From Eledone cirrhosa (taxonomy: Eukaryota), in assembly GCA_964016885.1 (NCBI GenBank), contig OZ024743.1:68758001-68822000 (forward strand): a stretch of DNA of 64,000 nt, written 5' to 3'. The notes under the pieces were generated by a model. The model was given only the letters and a program-made list of their open reading frames with translations. It was not told where the DNA came from and searched no databases. Of this stretch, positions 13,776 to 27,979 are shown one piece after another (positions within the stretch are counted from its first letter, which is position 1; every line of letters starts with the position of its first letter). Position numbers and translations under genes: made by a program.

Positions 13776-14256
13776 TTGTATATATATATATATATACATA
13801 TAAATATAAGTATGTATACGTACATACATATATATGTATACAGACGTACAGTAGTATGTATATACATATATACATGCACAAATATATATATATATATATA
13901 TGTACGTAGGGGTTCACCGAACATTTATTATAATGCTCGGTCTCGGTTTGTTTGTAAACAAACAGCCCGAATTATTAGCTGTACAGTGTTCGGCAACCAT
14001 CGCTGCCCTTTTGTTCAACACTGACAAAGGAACGATGAATTAGTTTCTAGCTTATTAGCTTTCATCACCACTGTGTACCTTCCTGTCTGTCGATTGAACG
14101 TTTTAAAGTATATACTTTCCTTATGCATATTAACGGGTGAGCAACCTAATTTGCATATCCAGTGAGTTAGTCGGCCGCGTGTACCGAAAACGCTAAATGG
14201 AAAAAAATGAAATTTCATTTCTCAATCTTAGTACGGCTGACATATATATATATATG

Positions 14257-14776
14257 TCAGGTCGCTCTCGAGTGCTACTAGTAACTTGTAATCCTACAAA
14301 ACCTGTCTCCTGGTCGGGTAGTCGGCGACTAAATGGCCAACTCAACCAAGCTTGCGTGGTGAGGAGGATGATATTTGGCATCCTGCGGTATGAAATACAA
14401 GACCCGGCAAAAGGCGGCGGAACTCAGCAGAGTCAACGGCCATCCAAATAGTACTTTTGTTTTTTATTTCACCTGAGAGTGAAAGGCCGCCAGTTGTTGC
14501 CACAACTCCTTTCTAGGAGAATGAAACTCTGAAAAAAACCAGCGGCTTCTGTAGCATTGGATGATATTGACCAGTTCTCCTTTTCGGGTAGTATTTTCGA
14601 TGCTCAAAGAAGAGGATTGGTCGAGTGCAAGGCATTTCCCTACTTAAAAAAACCTTCAAATCACAGGCATTACTTGTTCAGGATATGTTACAGGTTCGTG
14701 GGGCTGGCCGTAGCCTAAAAGTGCTCCACTTTCTGTAATCTGACCAGCGATTGCAATAAATTTAGCAGTCTTTGCA

Positions 14777-14782
<6 letters not shown>
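14257..14782. mobile_element. GC-richer interspersed repeat between (TA)n tracts, possibly a LINE 5' UTR
   Basis: Sharp compositional shift bounded by TA tracts; no convincing protein motif. Confidence 0.3.
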
Positions 14783-14844
<62 letters not shown>

Positions 14845-15244
14845 CTGTGTGTGTGTGTGTGGTTATATATATATATATGAGTTACAAGTACTTGGGGCAT
14901 CGTATTCTGATTTAATGAGCGATTTTAAAACTCTGTTCATATTGTTAATATATTATTGTGTATGTATATGCTTAAGCATTCCTGTCTGCAAATACAGCTT
15001 ATACGGAGATGTTCATTTGGATATATTAACTATCAGATTATTTGGCCTCAGTACTTTGTGGGTGAACATCACCGAAAATACGGATAAGCATGCTTAATTA
15101 TTTGTACTCAACGTCCCATTACGTTACTCGGGTAACTAGGATATAAACAGCTTAAAATACTCACAACGCAACATATGTTAATTGTACATAAGCATGCTTC
15201 TATTGTGATTCACACTGTATAATTACTACTACTACTGTTGGTAA

Positions 15245-15435
15245 TGCTAAGGTCGGTAAGGCTAATGCCGGGTTTACGATCATGAGGTTGTAAGTTTGAC
15301 ACTCGGACCTGGCTTTACGTTGTGTTCTTGAGCAATACACTTTATTTCACGTTGCTCCAGTTTACGCAGCTGTAGAAATGAGTTGCAACGCACTTGAGCC
15401 TCGGAGGGGAATTTTTAGGTGTAAATCCCGTGGTT
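15245..15435 (+). mobile_element. tRNA-derived SINE (second family), degenerate; better copy at 51898-52080
   Basis: aggttgtaagtttgacactcggacc...tgtgttcttgagcaatacactttatttcacgttgctccag. Confidence 0.65.
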
Positions 15436-15474
15436 ATTCTTGAACGAAGGTGGTCTTTACACATATATATATAT

Positions 15475-15620
<146 letters not shown>

Positions 15621-15739
15621 ATGTGTGTGTGTATGTGTCTATAATGTTTTGAAGTCTGTAGCACGCAGGTGGTCTTTCGAAACTGAGCTGCTATCTCTAT
15701 TGTCTTAAATCATAATAGAACAACAGACACATTGATAAG

Positions 15740-16320
15740 AGGCAACATACACTTTGACGATCTGCATGACAGCGAAGCCATCTGAGTATCAACTTGCATT
15801 CTTGAATTTCATGAATATATCGTTTTTCAATTTGTTATATTTTTTTAATAAAATTCAAAAACAGCTAACATAAACAGAAATGGAAATTAAAAGAACGAGA
15901 AGATAAATGAAAAAAGCTTGTGGGAGTTCTACACACTTGTCGGGGCGATATATTTCAGCTGCGCCACTCAGACAAATTGGGAAAGTATTGTCGCAGTGAA
16001 CAGCAACACTATACTCTCTCCAGCAACCATCCAACAAAATTGCGGCCCCTTTCATCATATCATATGTGATGTTCTACTTTCGATCTGGCGTAGACAACGG
16101 TCTATCCGGGTACGGGGGGCTCCGAAGGTCTCGTGGCCAATCGATTTAAAAAGGAAACATACAATCTGTATTAGTTATGATCCATTATATTTACGTTTTC
16201 TATAGATCTGCAGCCCATCATTGCTTGCGTCACCACGTTGATATGTAATTTACTACACCGCAAATATCGTCAGTATCTATGTTCAGATATCATCGGTTTG
16301 TCAGTATTGCTTCACATGAT
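15740..16320 (-). pseudogene. Possible decayed PIF1-family helicase (Helitron-type) remnant
   Basis: Broken frames read IGHETF...IDRCLRQI...GAAILLDGCWRE...CVELPQ, echoing PIF1 MxGxxxFxxIDxxLRxI...GGxxILLxGDxxQ; many stops. Confidence 0.4.
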
Positions 16321-16399
16321 TGTATCATTTGTCCATATATAGAGCTGGGGAATTGATATACCTATACTCACACACATACACATGTATATACGTACACGC

Positions 16400-16481
<82 letters not shown>

Positions 16482-16555
16482 ATGTTTATATATGCATACA
16501 TATATTTATATATATATATATGTATATATATTTATACATACATATATATATATAA

Positions 16556-16622
<67 letters not shown>

Positions 16623-16706
16623 CATATATATGTGTGTGTCTGTGTGTGCGTGTGTGTGTATGTATACACACTATTGTATCTCTTCCCCACAAACATACAT
16701 ATATTT

Positions 16707-16787
<81 letters not shown>

Positions 16788-17597
16788 CCAAGTATATATA
16801 TAATCAAGTATATACATACAGTGTCATTGTTTGCAGATCTGGAAAGAGCCATTCACTGGATCACGACCTTTATGACGGCAACCTTAACAAAACATGCGGT
16901 AACTAAAACACGGCACCAGCACTATCTTCATGATCTTTGTACAGAAAACATCGCTTATTTGCTTTGCCCTCAGGTCTTTGTAATCTATCTATCTATCTTT
17001 TTCTCACTCTGTCGCTCTCTTCCTCCAGATATATATATAAAGAGAGAGAGGGGGGAATAAACTTACACACACCTATATATATATACACACTTATATACAC
17101 ACATGTATATATACACACATACATATATATGTATATAATAGCTATACATCGAAGTCTGAATAGATTCTTTGTTCAGTTTTTCCTAAGCGCAGTATTGCAG
17201 GCACAATGTAAATAAGTCAATATCTACCTGTAAATGACAGCCCATCAGAAAAACATGTTGAAGGCTACAGTTAGTCTATAGGGTAAATATATGATAAGTT
17301 CAACAAGTAAGCTGTATCAAGTAAGGAAATTGAAAACAGACCCTGAAAATCATTTTTTTTTTCCTTTATTGGTTTAAGTCAATAGACGGCAGCCATGCAA
17401 GCACAAACACTTGTAATGCCTCAACCAATCATATTGATCCCGTTATAGCATTGTTTCAAGGCTGGTACTTAATTCACCCCCCCCCCTCTCTCTCTCTCTC
17501 GACGAGCTAATATTACGTGCATAAACAAACACATATTTACACACACACATACTGTGTATATATATATATATCGGATTCTCAGTTCGGTCTGATTCAG

Positions 17598-17640
17598 ACC
17601 GAGCTGAGGATCCGAAAAAGGTGAAACATTTGTTCTCGGT
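17598..17640 (+). ncRNA. Minimal type I HHR preceded by a short 5' fold-back; degenerate copies at 4911-4950(+) and 41497-41540(-)
   Basis: accgag CTGAGGA tcc-gaaaaa-ggt GAAA catttg TT ctcggt; caattg palindrome in the other copies. Confidence 0.75.
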
Positions 17641-17667
17641 ATGGTGAACTAACTGTTGTGGAACTAC

Positions 17668-17719
<52 letters not shown>

Positions 17720-17903
17720 AAAAGGTAAACAGAAATAACAAAACAATCGGTGCAGTATATGGAAGGGATATATTAGATTAACGCTTGATATAGCAGGAAA
17801 AGAGTCTTAACGTTTCGGACGTTAAGACCATTTTCATATCCGATATGAACTCATAACATTAAGTTCATGTATGAATATGTCACTATCTTTAAACCAAATA
17901 TTG

Positions 17904-17963
17904 TATTTAATCTGACGAAAGCGTACCAAAATATTGGTACTCTTGAAATATGTATAATAAATA
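17904..17963 (+). ncRNA. Minimal type I HHR (family A relative)
   Basis: tatttaat CTGACGA aagc gtacca-aaatat-tggtac tctt GAAA tatgta TA ataaata. Confidence 0.75.
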
Positions 17964-18013
17964 TGGTTCTATAAAGATATTTTCCATTTATTAATATTTT
18001 TGATATTATAATA

Positions 18014-18534
18014 AAAAAGAAAATGTTCGCTCTACATGGCTGAATACAATAAATATAACCTGAGTTTTTCGAATATTAATAATTGTTTCTACTTTAGGCA
18101 CAAGGCCAGCAATTACCCAGTGCATTACTGGTACTTTATTTTATCGACCCCGTAAGCATGAAAGGCAAAGTCAACCTCGGCGGGATTTGAACTCAGATCG
18201 TAAAGGGACGTAACTATGCTGGAAAGCATGGCGTGCGAACCTCTACCGATAGTGCCAATCCACCGCCCTTTTCGAATATTAATAATAACATTCGATTCGT
18301 TTGCAATTATGCCAACAAGATCCAATTTTATAACCATCTCAGTAGAATGTACCCTTCATTCTTGCTCTTGTGTTGGCATGTAACATAATTGCAGTTCTGT
18401 TCACATGCCAACACAAGAGCAAGAATGAAAGAATCATTCTACTGACATGGCTATAAAATGGAACCTTGTTTGCATAATTGCAAACGAATCGAATGTTATT
18501 ATTAATATTCGAAAAACTCAAATTACATTTATTG

Positions 18535-18535
<1 letters not shown>
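18014..18535. mobile_element. Fold-back element interrupted by a SINE; family also at 42108-42440 and 59378-59685
   Basis: Arms cattcgattcgtttgcaatt.../...aattgcaaacgaatcgaatg; centre at ~18390. Confidence 0.75.
18084..18268 (-). mobile_element. tRNA-derived SINE with an 18-bp TSD (central domain resembles the Meta-SINE type)
   Basis: Reverse complement: ggcggtggattggcactatcggtag (A box)...gagttcaaatccc (B box)...gactttgcctttcatgcttacggggtcgataaaataaagtaccag; TSD ttttcgaatattaataat at 18066-18083 and 18269-18286. Confidence 0.85.
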
Positions 18536-18575
<40 letters not shown>

Positions 18576-19514
18576 GAGTGTATATGCCCGTGCGTACGTA
18601 CGTATTTATGTGTCTATATGTATAAGGGTATTTAAAGAGACAAAAGGAGAAGTCGACAAACACTTCAGACGTCAGTGCTTAAAGCAGGACAAACTAAAAG
18701 TTGAAGATAACACATGGTTGACAAAATATATGCGCATAAAAATATGAACATCATGTATATAGTGATAACATTTCTGCAGAATAAAGAATGCAGAATATAT
18801 TTGATGTTTTGGGTTAAAACCTGTATGTAGAGTGAGAACCGTTTAATCCTTTAGCATTTAAACCGGCCATATCCGGCCAGAATTCTCTCACCTTTTCTGT
18901 TCAAACTGGCTGTAACTGGCCACTCATACTGAAGTTAAGTTATTATTCTTAAAATAAATAATATCAAAATCTCATAGATTCGATATTATGTGAGATAATC
19001 ATATGATATAAAGTGTTAAACATGAAAATACAATAGTAAATATAGAGTAATGTAAATTCTAAATAGTTAAATAGTGGATGTGGTTAAATTAGGTTCATCA
19101 CCTAAAATAGAGGTACGTCTCTTAGGACAGGAAGTGGACAATCAAACCAGGTAGCAATCTTCAGGTTCATATTCAATGGTGACCGTCAAGGTGGCAAGTG
19201 AAAATTGCCAACATGTCTGTCAACACTGAATATGAACTGAATATGTTTTATTATTGATGTTATTGTTTCAATTATACGCTATTCTTCTATATATGTCTTG
19301 CCTCGAGTAAATTATTTTTATATCTACGTACTCTGATGTGTTGACCAGAGGTAAATAATGCATTGGAGATCGAGTGACGCAACTTCAAGTGATTAGCGAC
19401 CGCTAGACTCACCTGATCAACGAAACAATTGTCAGTACTTGAAATAAAGCCCCTTATTGTACAGCCAACCATGTTACTCTTCATTCTTTCACTATATATA
19501 TATTTAAATATATA

Positions 19515-20035
19515 ATAAATGAAGAATTAGAAATAGAAGCCAGGAATATCCGTCATTAGTGGTCTACTAGCCATCATAGGTATTTCTTCGCATTACAGAC
19601 CATATACCTCAAGCTAGGGCGATACAATAACTAAATTAAGTTATTGGGATAAAAAGAGTTGGGTGGAGAAAGAGAGACAGGTAAACAAACACGAATGGTG
19701 AGGCAACGTACACAGAAGAAAAAAATGAGAAAATCAAGTCATTAATTCATTTTGAACATAAGAACTTGCGAATATTGACGAGAAGGCAAAGACACATCTT
19801 GGCCGTGCGGATGTGAGCGAGAAAAGAATCTCGTACGGTGTGGGACGATGGAGGAAGTGAGAGAAAGGGCGAGTAGCAGAGAGTGAGTGAGTGAAAGTGT
19901 GAGGAAGAACTAGCCGAGAGAGGGTGACTAGCAGAGGGGGTGAGTGAAAGTAAGAGGGAGAAGGAGAGAGACGGGGGAGAGAGAAAGAGGATAGCAGTAA
20001 AGGAAGAGAAAAAGACAGGTCAGAGCGAAGGGGAA
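19515..20035 (-). mobile_element. Copy of the ~570-nt family (see 8340-9215)
   Basis: Colinear similarity over ~520 nt; TA flanks. Confidence 0.8.
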
Positions 20036-20646
20036 TATATTTATATATATATATATATGAATATGTATCTGTGTGTGTATGTATGTATCCATATTTCTAT
20101 GTATATATGTATGGATGTGATATAGTTGCGTATATATATATATATAAACAGTCCGAACGACATCGACCGTTCCAGACTAGAGACATGCTGAAGATAAAAT
20201 ACTTCATAGCAGCAACCAGATTCTCCAATTCTATACAAATGTTGTCCTGTAGCAGTTAGACGTAGATTAAGGTCTTCCTCTTAATTATTTACCATGAATA
20301 GCTTTCTATTGCAATAATTATTGCAGTACATCTTCTTGGCTTCTCTACGAGTGACCGATGGATCATATTCATATTTGCTGAAACGTGTTTGTTATTGGTG
20401 GTCAACTGCCATGAATTTCAACATTGGTGTTATGTTCCACCAATAAAGTGTTGTATGTTGCGTGTATCAATCTTGTGTAGGATACGTGTTAATATACATA
20501 CTTTGGCATCGTACAACAGCACAATCTCTAGTTTTGCTCTAAGGAATACATTCTTCAGGTTTCGATTTAGCTTTTATTTCCTTATTCTTGCCATTTGGTT
20601 AAGTGACGAGCAAGCTTGAGCTATGCGAGCATTAGTAGCGATTATG

Positions 20647-20727
<81 letters not shown>

Positions 20728-21201
20728 ATGTGTGCGTGTATGTGTGTATTTATTACACATATATATGTGCATGCTTGTCTATATGCACTCAATTATATAT
20801 ACATACATACAAATACACAGTCCTTTTATTTATTCATCTATATTTATTTATAAAATTATATTATATATATATATGGTGGGGTGATACATGTGTATACATG
20901 TGATTGTGTGTGTGAAACAGGGATCGTGTGCGTGCGTGTGTTATCGTATGTATGTGTGTTAAGGTGTATATGTGTGTTACCGTGTGTATGTGTACGTTAC
21001 CGGTTGTATGTGTATTACCGTGTGTATATGTATTCAAGTATCGTGTTTAAGTGTTCATATTCTACCTGCAAACGTTTGAGTGGCAACAGAGGTAAAACTA
21101 CTTTGATAGAATCTAAGTGAGTAGGCATATATCAGGCAATTGATTTCTCTTTTTTAAAGGACTAAAATGTTATTAAACTGCTACATATATGTATGTGTGT
21201 G

Positions 21202-21280
<79 letters not shown>

Positions 21281-21388
21281 GTATATATATATGCATATAT
21301 AAATGCAAATATACATTTTGTAATGCCACCTGATATATATATATATATATATATGTGTGTGAGTGTGTGCGCACGCGTGTGTGCGTGT

Positions 21389-21486
<98 letters not shown>

Positions 21487-21879
21487 GCATATATAACTGC
21501 ATATATATATATATACACACACACGCGCGCACACATAGACTATACATGCACTCAAACGCTTTAATATACATTTTGTAATGCCACAAAATTCACTCATATA
21601 CATACACTTCCGCTCACCTTCGCATACACTTAAAAGGGTTCAAGCAAGATGTCTATTAGATATATATACATATTCTCGTAAAGAATGCGTAACTTTTTTC
21701 GAATCTTCTCATCTTTCAAAATCACCGATAATGCTGAAAAGCAGCTAATGCACTAAATTTTGCGGTGGCTCCCTTCAAAATAGCTGCAATTATTGCAGTT
21801 TCTATTGCATATTGCATGACGAGATTACTATTATGAATGTTATCACTTTATAAAGCATTGAACCAATATTAATATTGTA

Positions 21880-23390
21880 CCTCCCTCACCAGTATTAGCA
21901 TCCCTACTATCTCTACACTTCTATAATCATTTACAATACTGTTGCTACAACAATACATCCATCACCACCATTGCTATCATCATCCCCATCACCTCCACAG
22001 CTGGTGAAACCACATAACTACATCATAAACAGCACTAATACTAATAATACAATCACCACCATCAGTTGAGTGGTGGTGGTGGTACCACGACTATTACTTG
22101 TAATTGTACCCTCAATACATCTACCACCACCCGTACCATTAAACCACTACCATTTTCCCACCATTATTATCGTTACCCAAATAAGCACCATCAACACCAT
22201 TACCGCGTATGCCAGCATCACACTCACACCTATCATCACAGCATATACATCTACCCCACCATACATACCATTGTACACATTACGATCGTATCCACAGCTC
22301 CCTTATTCATATATGAATACCACTACTACTGCTATAACGACTGCATCACCCTTCAACAAATCTACCGCAGTCGTCACCAGCACCACCATTAATATTACAG
22401 CACTATCACCAACACTACTATATTATCAACCCTACTATTAAAACCAGCATCACGATCACTATCACCATTGCCCCTAGTAACAGCACCAACAGCACCACCA
22501 ACACTACCACGAAAATAACCACCACTAAAACAACCACCACCAACACCACCACGAGAACTACCACCACCAACACTACCACGAAAACAACCACCACCAACAC
22601 TTCCACGAAAACCACCACCACGAAAACAACCACCACCAACACCACCACGAGAACTACCACCACCAACACTACCACGAAAACAACCACCGCCAACACTACC
22701 ACGAAAAGAACCACCACAACCACCTCTACCACGAAAACAACCACCACCACCACTACCACGAAAACAACCTCTACCAACACCACCTTGAAAACAACCACCA
22801 CCAACACCATCACGAAAACAACCTCTACCACCACTACTACGAAAACAACCACCAACAATACTACCACAATTACTACTACTTAACCATGACCTGCAGTAAC
22901 ACCACCATAACAACCACGAAAACAGCCACCACAATCACTACCACAGTTACCACAACAATCACTACCACTAATATATTTACCACCAGAACTACCACAATTG
23001 AAACGAACACCACCACCAACACCACTATCCCCAACACCACTATCCCCAACACCACTACCCCAATTACCACCAAATTAACCTCGCCAGCACTACTACCAAA
23101 ACCGCTATTTCAAACACTAGTCATTACCACAAGTAACACTACCTATACTACTACAATTACAACCACACCACCACCACCACCACCAGTAGCAGCACCGACT
23201 CTACCACAATTAGTAACACTTAACCCTCACAACCACGAGAAACACTAATACTACCACCACCAACACTACCACAATTACTACCGCATTAACCTCGCCAGCA
23301 CTGCTACCAAAACCACCATTGCAAACATTAGCGACTACTATCATATCACCATCATCACAACTAAAATATGACTACAATCAACACCATGAT
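21880..23390. repeat. Degenerate (ACC/ACT)n tract with an internal ~27-bp minisatellite at 22490-22860 (ccaccaccaacactaccacgaaaacaa)
   Basis: Read directly from the sequence. Confidence 0.85.
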
Positions 23391-24118
23391 TAAATTGTTC
23401 AGAATTCCCATGGCTATGTTGTTTACTAATGTGATATCATATAAACTGAGACTAATCACATATCTAATTGATTATAACTTTTACATATATATCAATTAGT
23501 TTATATGCTGATAAACATCTTGTTATTGCCAAAATATCATGCACCAATTCTTGTATAGCTATAGGCCAGTTCCAATATTTGCACGAGCTTTTAACATGTT
23601 TCAACCCATTTCAAGATTCATGATTTTCGATGAGTTGTTTATTAACCGAAAAATCGGGTCCCACATAAATTTAAAATTATATTCAGTTTTACAATATTTT
23701 AAGGATAAAAAAAGGAAATATTATGTTCAATAAAAGATTGACGTAAATATAAAACGAATTTCAATGTAACTTAATGAGAAAATCCTATTTAAATCACATG
23801 GAATATGTCGTTGACCAAAAATATAAATCACACGACACATATTCCAGCGAGAGATATATTATATAGTAATACACAAACTTGCTATAAAACGCATAGGAAA
23901 ACCATTTTGCACACAGATACATCTCTCTCGACCTCTCTATCTCATCTTTCTCTCTCTTTATCTCTCTACCCCCCCCCCCCCACACACACACACACACTCT
24001 CTCTCTCACTATAACCCTGTGATAAATATATAAACTCATTTTATTAAGGCGAAATAGTAAGTCTTTTTAATCTGGAGTTACGCTCCTTTATCACAGGGTT
24101 AGCAGACATCAACGAGAT

Positions 24119-24175
<57 letters not shown>

Positions 24176-24488
24176 AACGAGTAGGACCCCGACGGCTGAG
24201 CTCAAGCCGTTTCGACGGCTAACTCTGGACTAAAAAAAAAAATGAAAACAAATAAAAAATCATTTTTTTTAAATTTTTTTTTTTTACTCCAGAATTAGCC
24301 GTCGAAACGGCTTGAGCTCAGCCATCGGGGTCCTACTCGTTCCTATTATCCACTCTACTACCCTAAGTATTGAGTACTTTGGTGCGTTATGGTCCACCTG
24401 GTTCCTTGCCAAATTTCCTTCGTTATATATATATATGTGTGTATATATATAATATATAAGAACAAAAGATGGTTAAAAGAGTTCCATG

Positions 24489-24559
24489 TATTTTATTATG
24501 CGCATTTCAAAAACAAATATCATCATGCAATAATATTTGTGTTTTCATCAGATAAAATA
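24489..24559 (-). ncRNA. Minimal type I HHR (tgcgca family)
   Basis: Reverse complement: tattttat CTGATGA aaacacaaatat..atatttgttttt GAAA tgcgca TA ataaaata. Confidence 0.85.
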
Positions 24560-26332
24560 GGAAGACATGATATGAAGGTTAAAAAACACTTGTGGATAGT
24601 GCAGTTTTAAATCAACATATGAGAAGTAGTTTTAGATTGATGTGTGATATTGAGAAATGAATATTTTTTTTGAGGGGGGGGGATGAAAAAGATGAGGAGA
24701 TGAGAGTAAAAAGTGGAGAGGGAGGAGTATAATGGGGAAGGATGAGATAGGAGGAGAGATGGGTGATAGAGAGAGAGAGATAGCTTTTATAACTGAGAAA
24801 AATATATTGTTTTACATAGAGAGGTTGAATAACCGTTGGAAGATAATGTATAAATTAAAAGAATTTGAAAATTAACGAAGAGAAAAATAATGTAAAGTTA
24901 AGGTTTGTATATTGAATGGTTTAATAATATGTGCGATGAAAAGAAATTGTTAATATGTATTGAGAATAATATTTAGGGGTTTAATAATATGTGCGATGGA
25001 AAGAAAATGTTAATATGTATTAAGAATAATATTTGAGGGTTTAATAATATGTGCGATGGAAAGAAAATGTTAATATGTATTAAGAATAATATTTAAGGGT
25101 TTAATAATATGTGCGATGGAAAGAAAATGTTGATATGTATTATTGAAAAGAACAACAAGTAATGTAAGTAAGGATATATTGTGAGATGAGCATGAGTAAG
25201 TTAGATGAAAGGGAGAAAAAAATAATGAATTGAGGTTGAATAATCTAACGTCAAAAAATGTTTATGTTTACGAAGGATTTTTACAAGGTGATATGAAGTA
25301 AGAATGTATTGTATTGTGTAATAATTGTTTCTATGTTAGGCAACAGTGAGAACAGGTACAGATTAGGGGTTAGACATTAAAAGAAAAAGAGAAGAAAGGG
25401 AAAATGAAGAAAGGGAAGTGATAAATAGGAGTGATATAGAATGAGTAACAAGTATTATATAATGTATAATAAATAACTTTGAAATAAGGTAGAAAGATGG
25501 GTATATTTTTAAAGAAGTATATATATATATATGTGCCTTTGAGAAAAAGATTCTAAATTGATAAAGTTTTGGATATTAGCTGTATACTTTGTGGAATGTT
25601 TTGTGGAATTTATGCAAGCAGAGAGAAAACCAGTCAGTGCGTCTATTTATTATAGAATCTAAATTAGATATAATGGTAAGTTTTTCGTTTAGACAGAGAT
25701 GGCAAATCTTGGATAGAGAACTATTCAGAAGAACCTTTTTTCCAAAAGATGCTATATTTAATATTTTTGTCTTTCAAGGACCATATGAGTTCTGAGAGAG
25801 CCGTGTTGGTTCTTTCAATCGCACATATTATTAAACCCTTAAATATTATTCTTAATACATATTAACATTTTCTTTCCATCGCACATATTATTAAACCCTT
25901 AAATATTATTCTTAATATATATTAACATTTTCTTTTCATCGCACATATTATTAAACCCTTCAATATACAAACCTTAACTTTACATTATTTTTCTCTTCGT
26001 TAATTTTCAAATTCTTTTAATTTATACATTATCTTCCAACGGTTTTTCAACCTCTCTATGTAAAACAATATATTTTTCTCAGTTATAAAAGCTATCTCTC
26101 TCTCTCTATCACCCATCTCTCCTCCTATCTCATCCTTCCTCATTATACTCCTCCTTCTCAACTTTTTACTCTCATCTCCTCCTCTTTTTCATCCTTTCCC
26201 CCCCACCCCCCTCAAAAAAAAAAAATATATATATTTTTCACAATATCACACATCAATCTAAAACTACTTCTCATATGTTGATTTAAAACTGCACTATCCA
26301 CAAGTGTTTTTAACCTTCATATCATGTCTTCC

Positions 26333-26403
26333 TATTTTTTCTGATGAAAACACAAATATTATTGCATGATGATATTTGTTTTTGAAATGCGCATAATAAA
26401 ATA
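26333..26403 (+). ncRNA. Minimal type I HHR (tgcgca family)
   Basis: tatttttt CTGATGA aaacacaaatat..atatttgttttt GAAA tgcgca TA ataaaata. Confidence 0.8.
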
Positions 26404-27031
26404 CATGGAACTCTTTTAACCATCTTTTGTTCTTACATATTATGTATACTCCAGTCCTACAAACTGTAGAGTGCTTCTTATCCGATATCTGCATTGCTTT
26501 ATTGTACTACATTAAAACTCACCTCCTATATATATATATATATATATATATAAATTTTAGTACAGCATTGACGAAGTTTATAATACGGCCAAGCTAGCGT
26601 ATATGCATAATCGGTCTGTAACTTGAGCACTCAGATGAGGAAAGACCCCAGAGTAATAACATTACGTTCAGACAGCTTAGCAAATCAGATATAGCGGTCG
26701 GCAGTCCAGCTGCATCACTTGAGCAACGAAAATACAGGACCCAGGAAAATATTTTATACTGATCCGGACATAGCGGTGAGGCTGAGTGCAAAATATATAA
26801 CTTACATATATAGCATCCAACATCACCGCTAAGCCTCTGCAAATCCAAGATCGATAAATTCCTATTGCAGGAGTCTGCAATATAATGGTTTTTGACGACA
26901 GAACATAGGATTTACTTCTTCAGCAAGTCTTTCGTTCTTAGCCTGAGCGGGGGTATATATATGTATATATATATAAAATAAAATAAATTAAAATAAATAA
27001 GTTAAATATTTAAAATTTGGCTTCGTTTATT

Positions 27032-27086
27032 ACTGCTATATATATTTCGGTGACAGCCATCTTTGACTGTGACCTCTTCAGGCAGT
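27032..27086 (-). ncRNA. Minimal type I HHR (copy of 7079-7133)
   Basis: Reverse complement: actgc CTGAAGA ggtcacagtc..ggctgtcacc GAAA tatata TA gcagt. Confidence 0.8.
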
Positions 27087-27255
27087 CCGAATTAGTGTGG
27101 TAGAGACGAGTACACATGTTGTTGAGGTGTTTAACTGTCAATACTCTGATATGCCCAGTTCCTGGTTGGGTTGTTATTTCACCAACATATAAACAACCAA
27201 CATATACTCAAAATTATACAACCAACATATATACAACCAATGTATACTCAAAATA

Positions 27256-27297
<42 letters not shown>

Positions 27298-27335
27298 TAT
27301 ATAAATATATATATATATATATATTAATATATATA

Positions 27336-27419
<84 letters not shown>

Positions 27420-27440
27420 TATATATATATATATATATAC

Positions 27441-27795
27441 ATTCGCCAGCAGCAACCTGGTGTTGTCTGCAACTAACCTAGGTTCTGCTGCAAATCGATG
27501 TGAGGAGGGCAAACTCTCCAAATATCGGTCGCTCTACGACAGGTTTGCGGTTGAGCCCGTAGCAGTGGAGACTTCTAGTGTCCTTGGCCTTAGGACGACT
27601 TTCCTACTCATCACCATCGCAACGGTGTTGATTACTCGCAGATTTGACCCTCCCGAGGTGGTTTGGCTCTTGCAGCGCATTTTCCTCATCATCCAGTGTG
27701 CCCCATTTGCTCATAATATTGAGAGATGGAGAGACCTGGAATGACGGAGGTAGTGACAGTGGGAGTTTGCTTCCTTTGTGTTCGGACCTGGTGTA
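27441..27795 (+). mobile_element. CRE-clade non-LTR retrotransposon 3' fragment (restriction-like endonuclease tail)
   Basis: GSAANRCEEGKLSKYRSL...FAVEPVAVETSSVLG...DPPEVVWLLQRIFLIIQ matches the AAxxAExxKxxKY...PxAVETxG...LxQRLSxxIQ pattern. Confidence 0.75.
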
Positions 27796-27936
27796 TATGT
27801 ATATAAATATTTATAGTACCACATGTTACATACATATACAGACCTTAAACATAATATCTTCTACACTTGCCATACAGAAGTTATTCACCATAAATGAATT
27901 CCATTTGTATTATATTGAACCGTTCTATACAGGGTG

Positions 27937-27979
<43 letters not shown>

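Larger units (their letters stand above)
24446..26530 (-). mobile_element. PLE 3' remnant with a 5' inverted arm, internal 60-bp tandem repeats and HHRs at both ends
   Basis: Arms 24446-25080 and 25815-26440; the spacer on minus reads ...KICHLCLNEKLTII...IINRRTDWFSLCLHK, matching the PLE GIY-YIG C-terminal CxLCLxEK..NxRxE..SxCxH pattern; 60-bp repeat x4 at 24918-25140. Confidence 0.75.

Noticed and set aside
22395-22934. Gly-rich (GGGCFRGSV)n ORF, or a Thr-rich mucin-like frame on plus
   Set aside because: Lies in a degenerate (ACC)n tract that is stop-poor by composition; no splice or domain support
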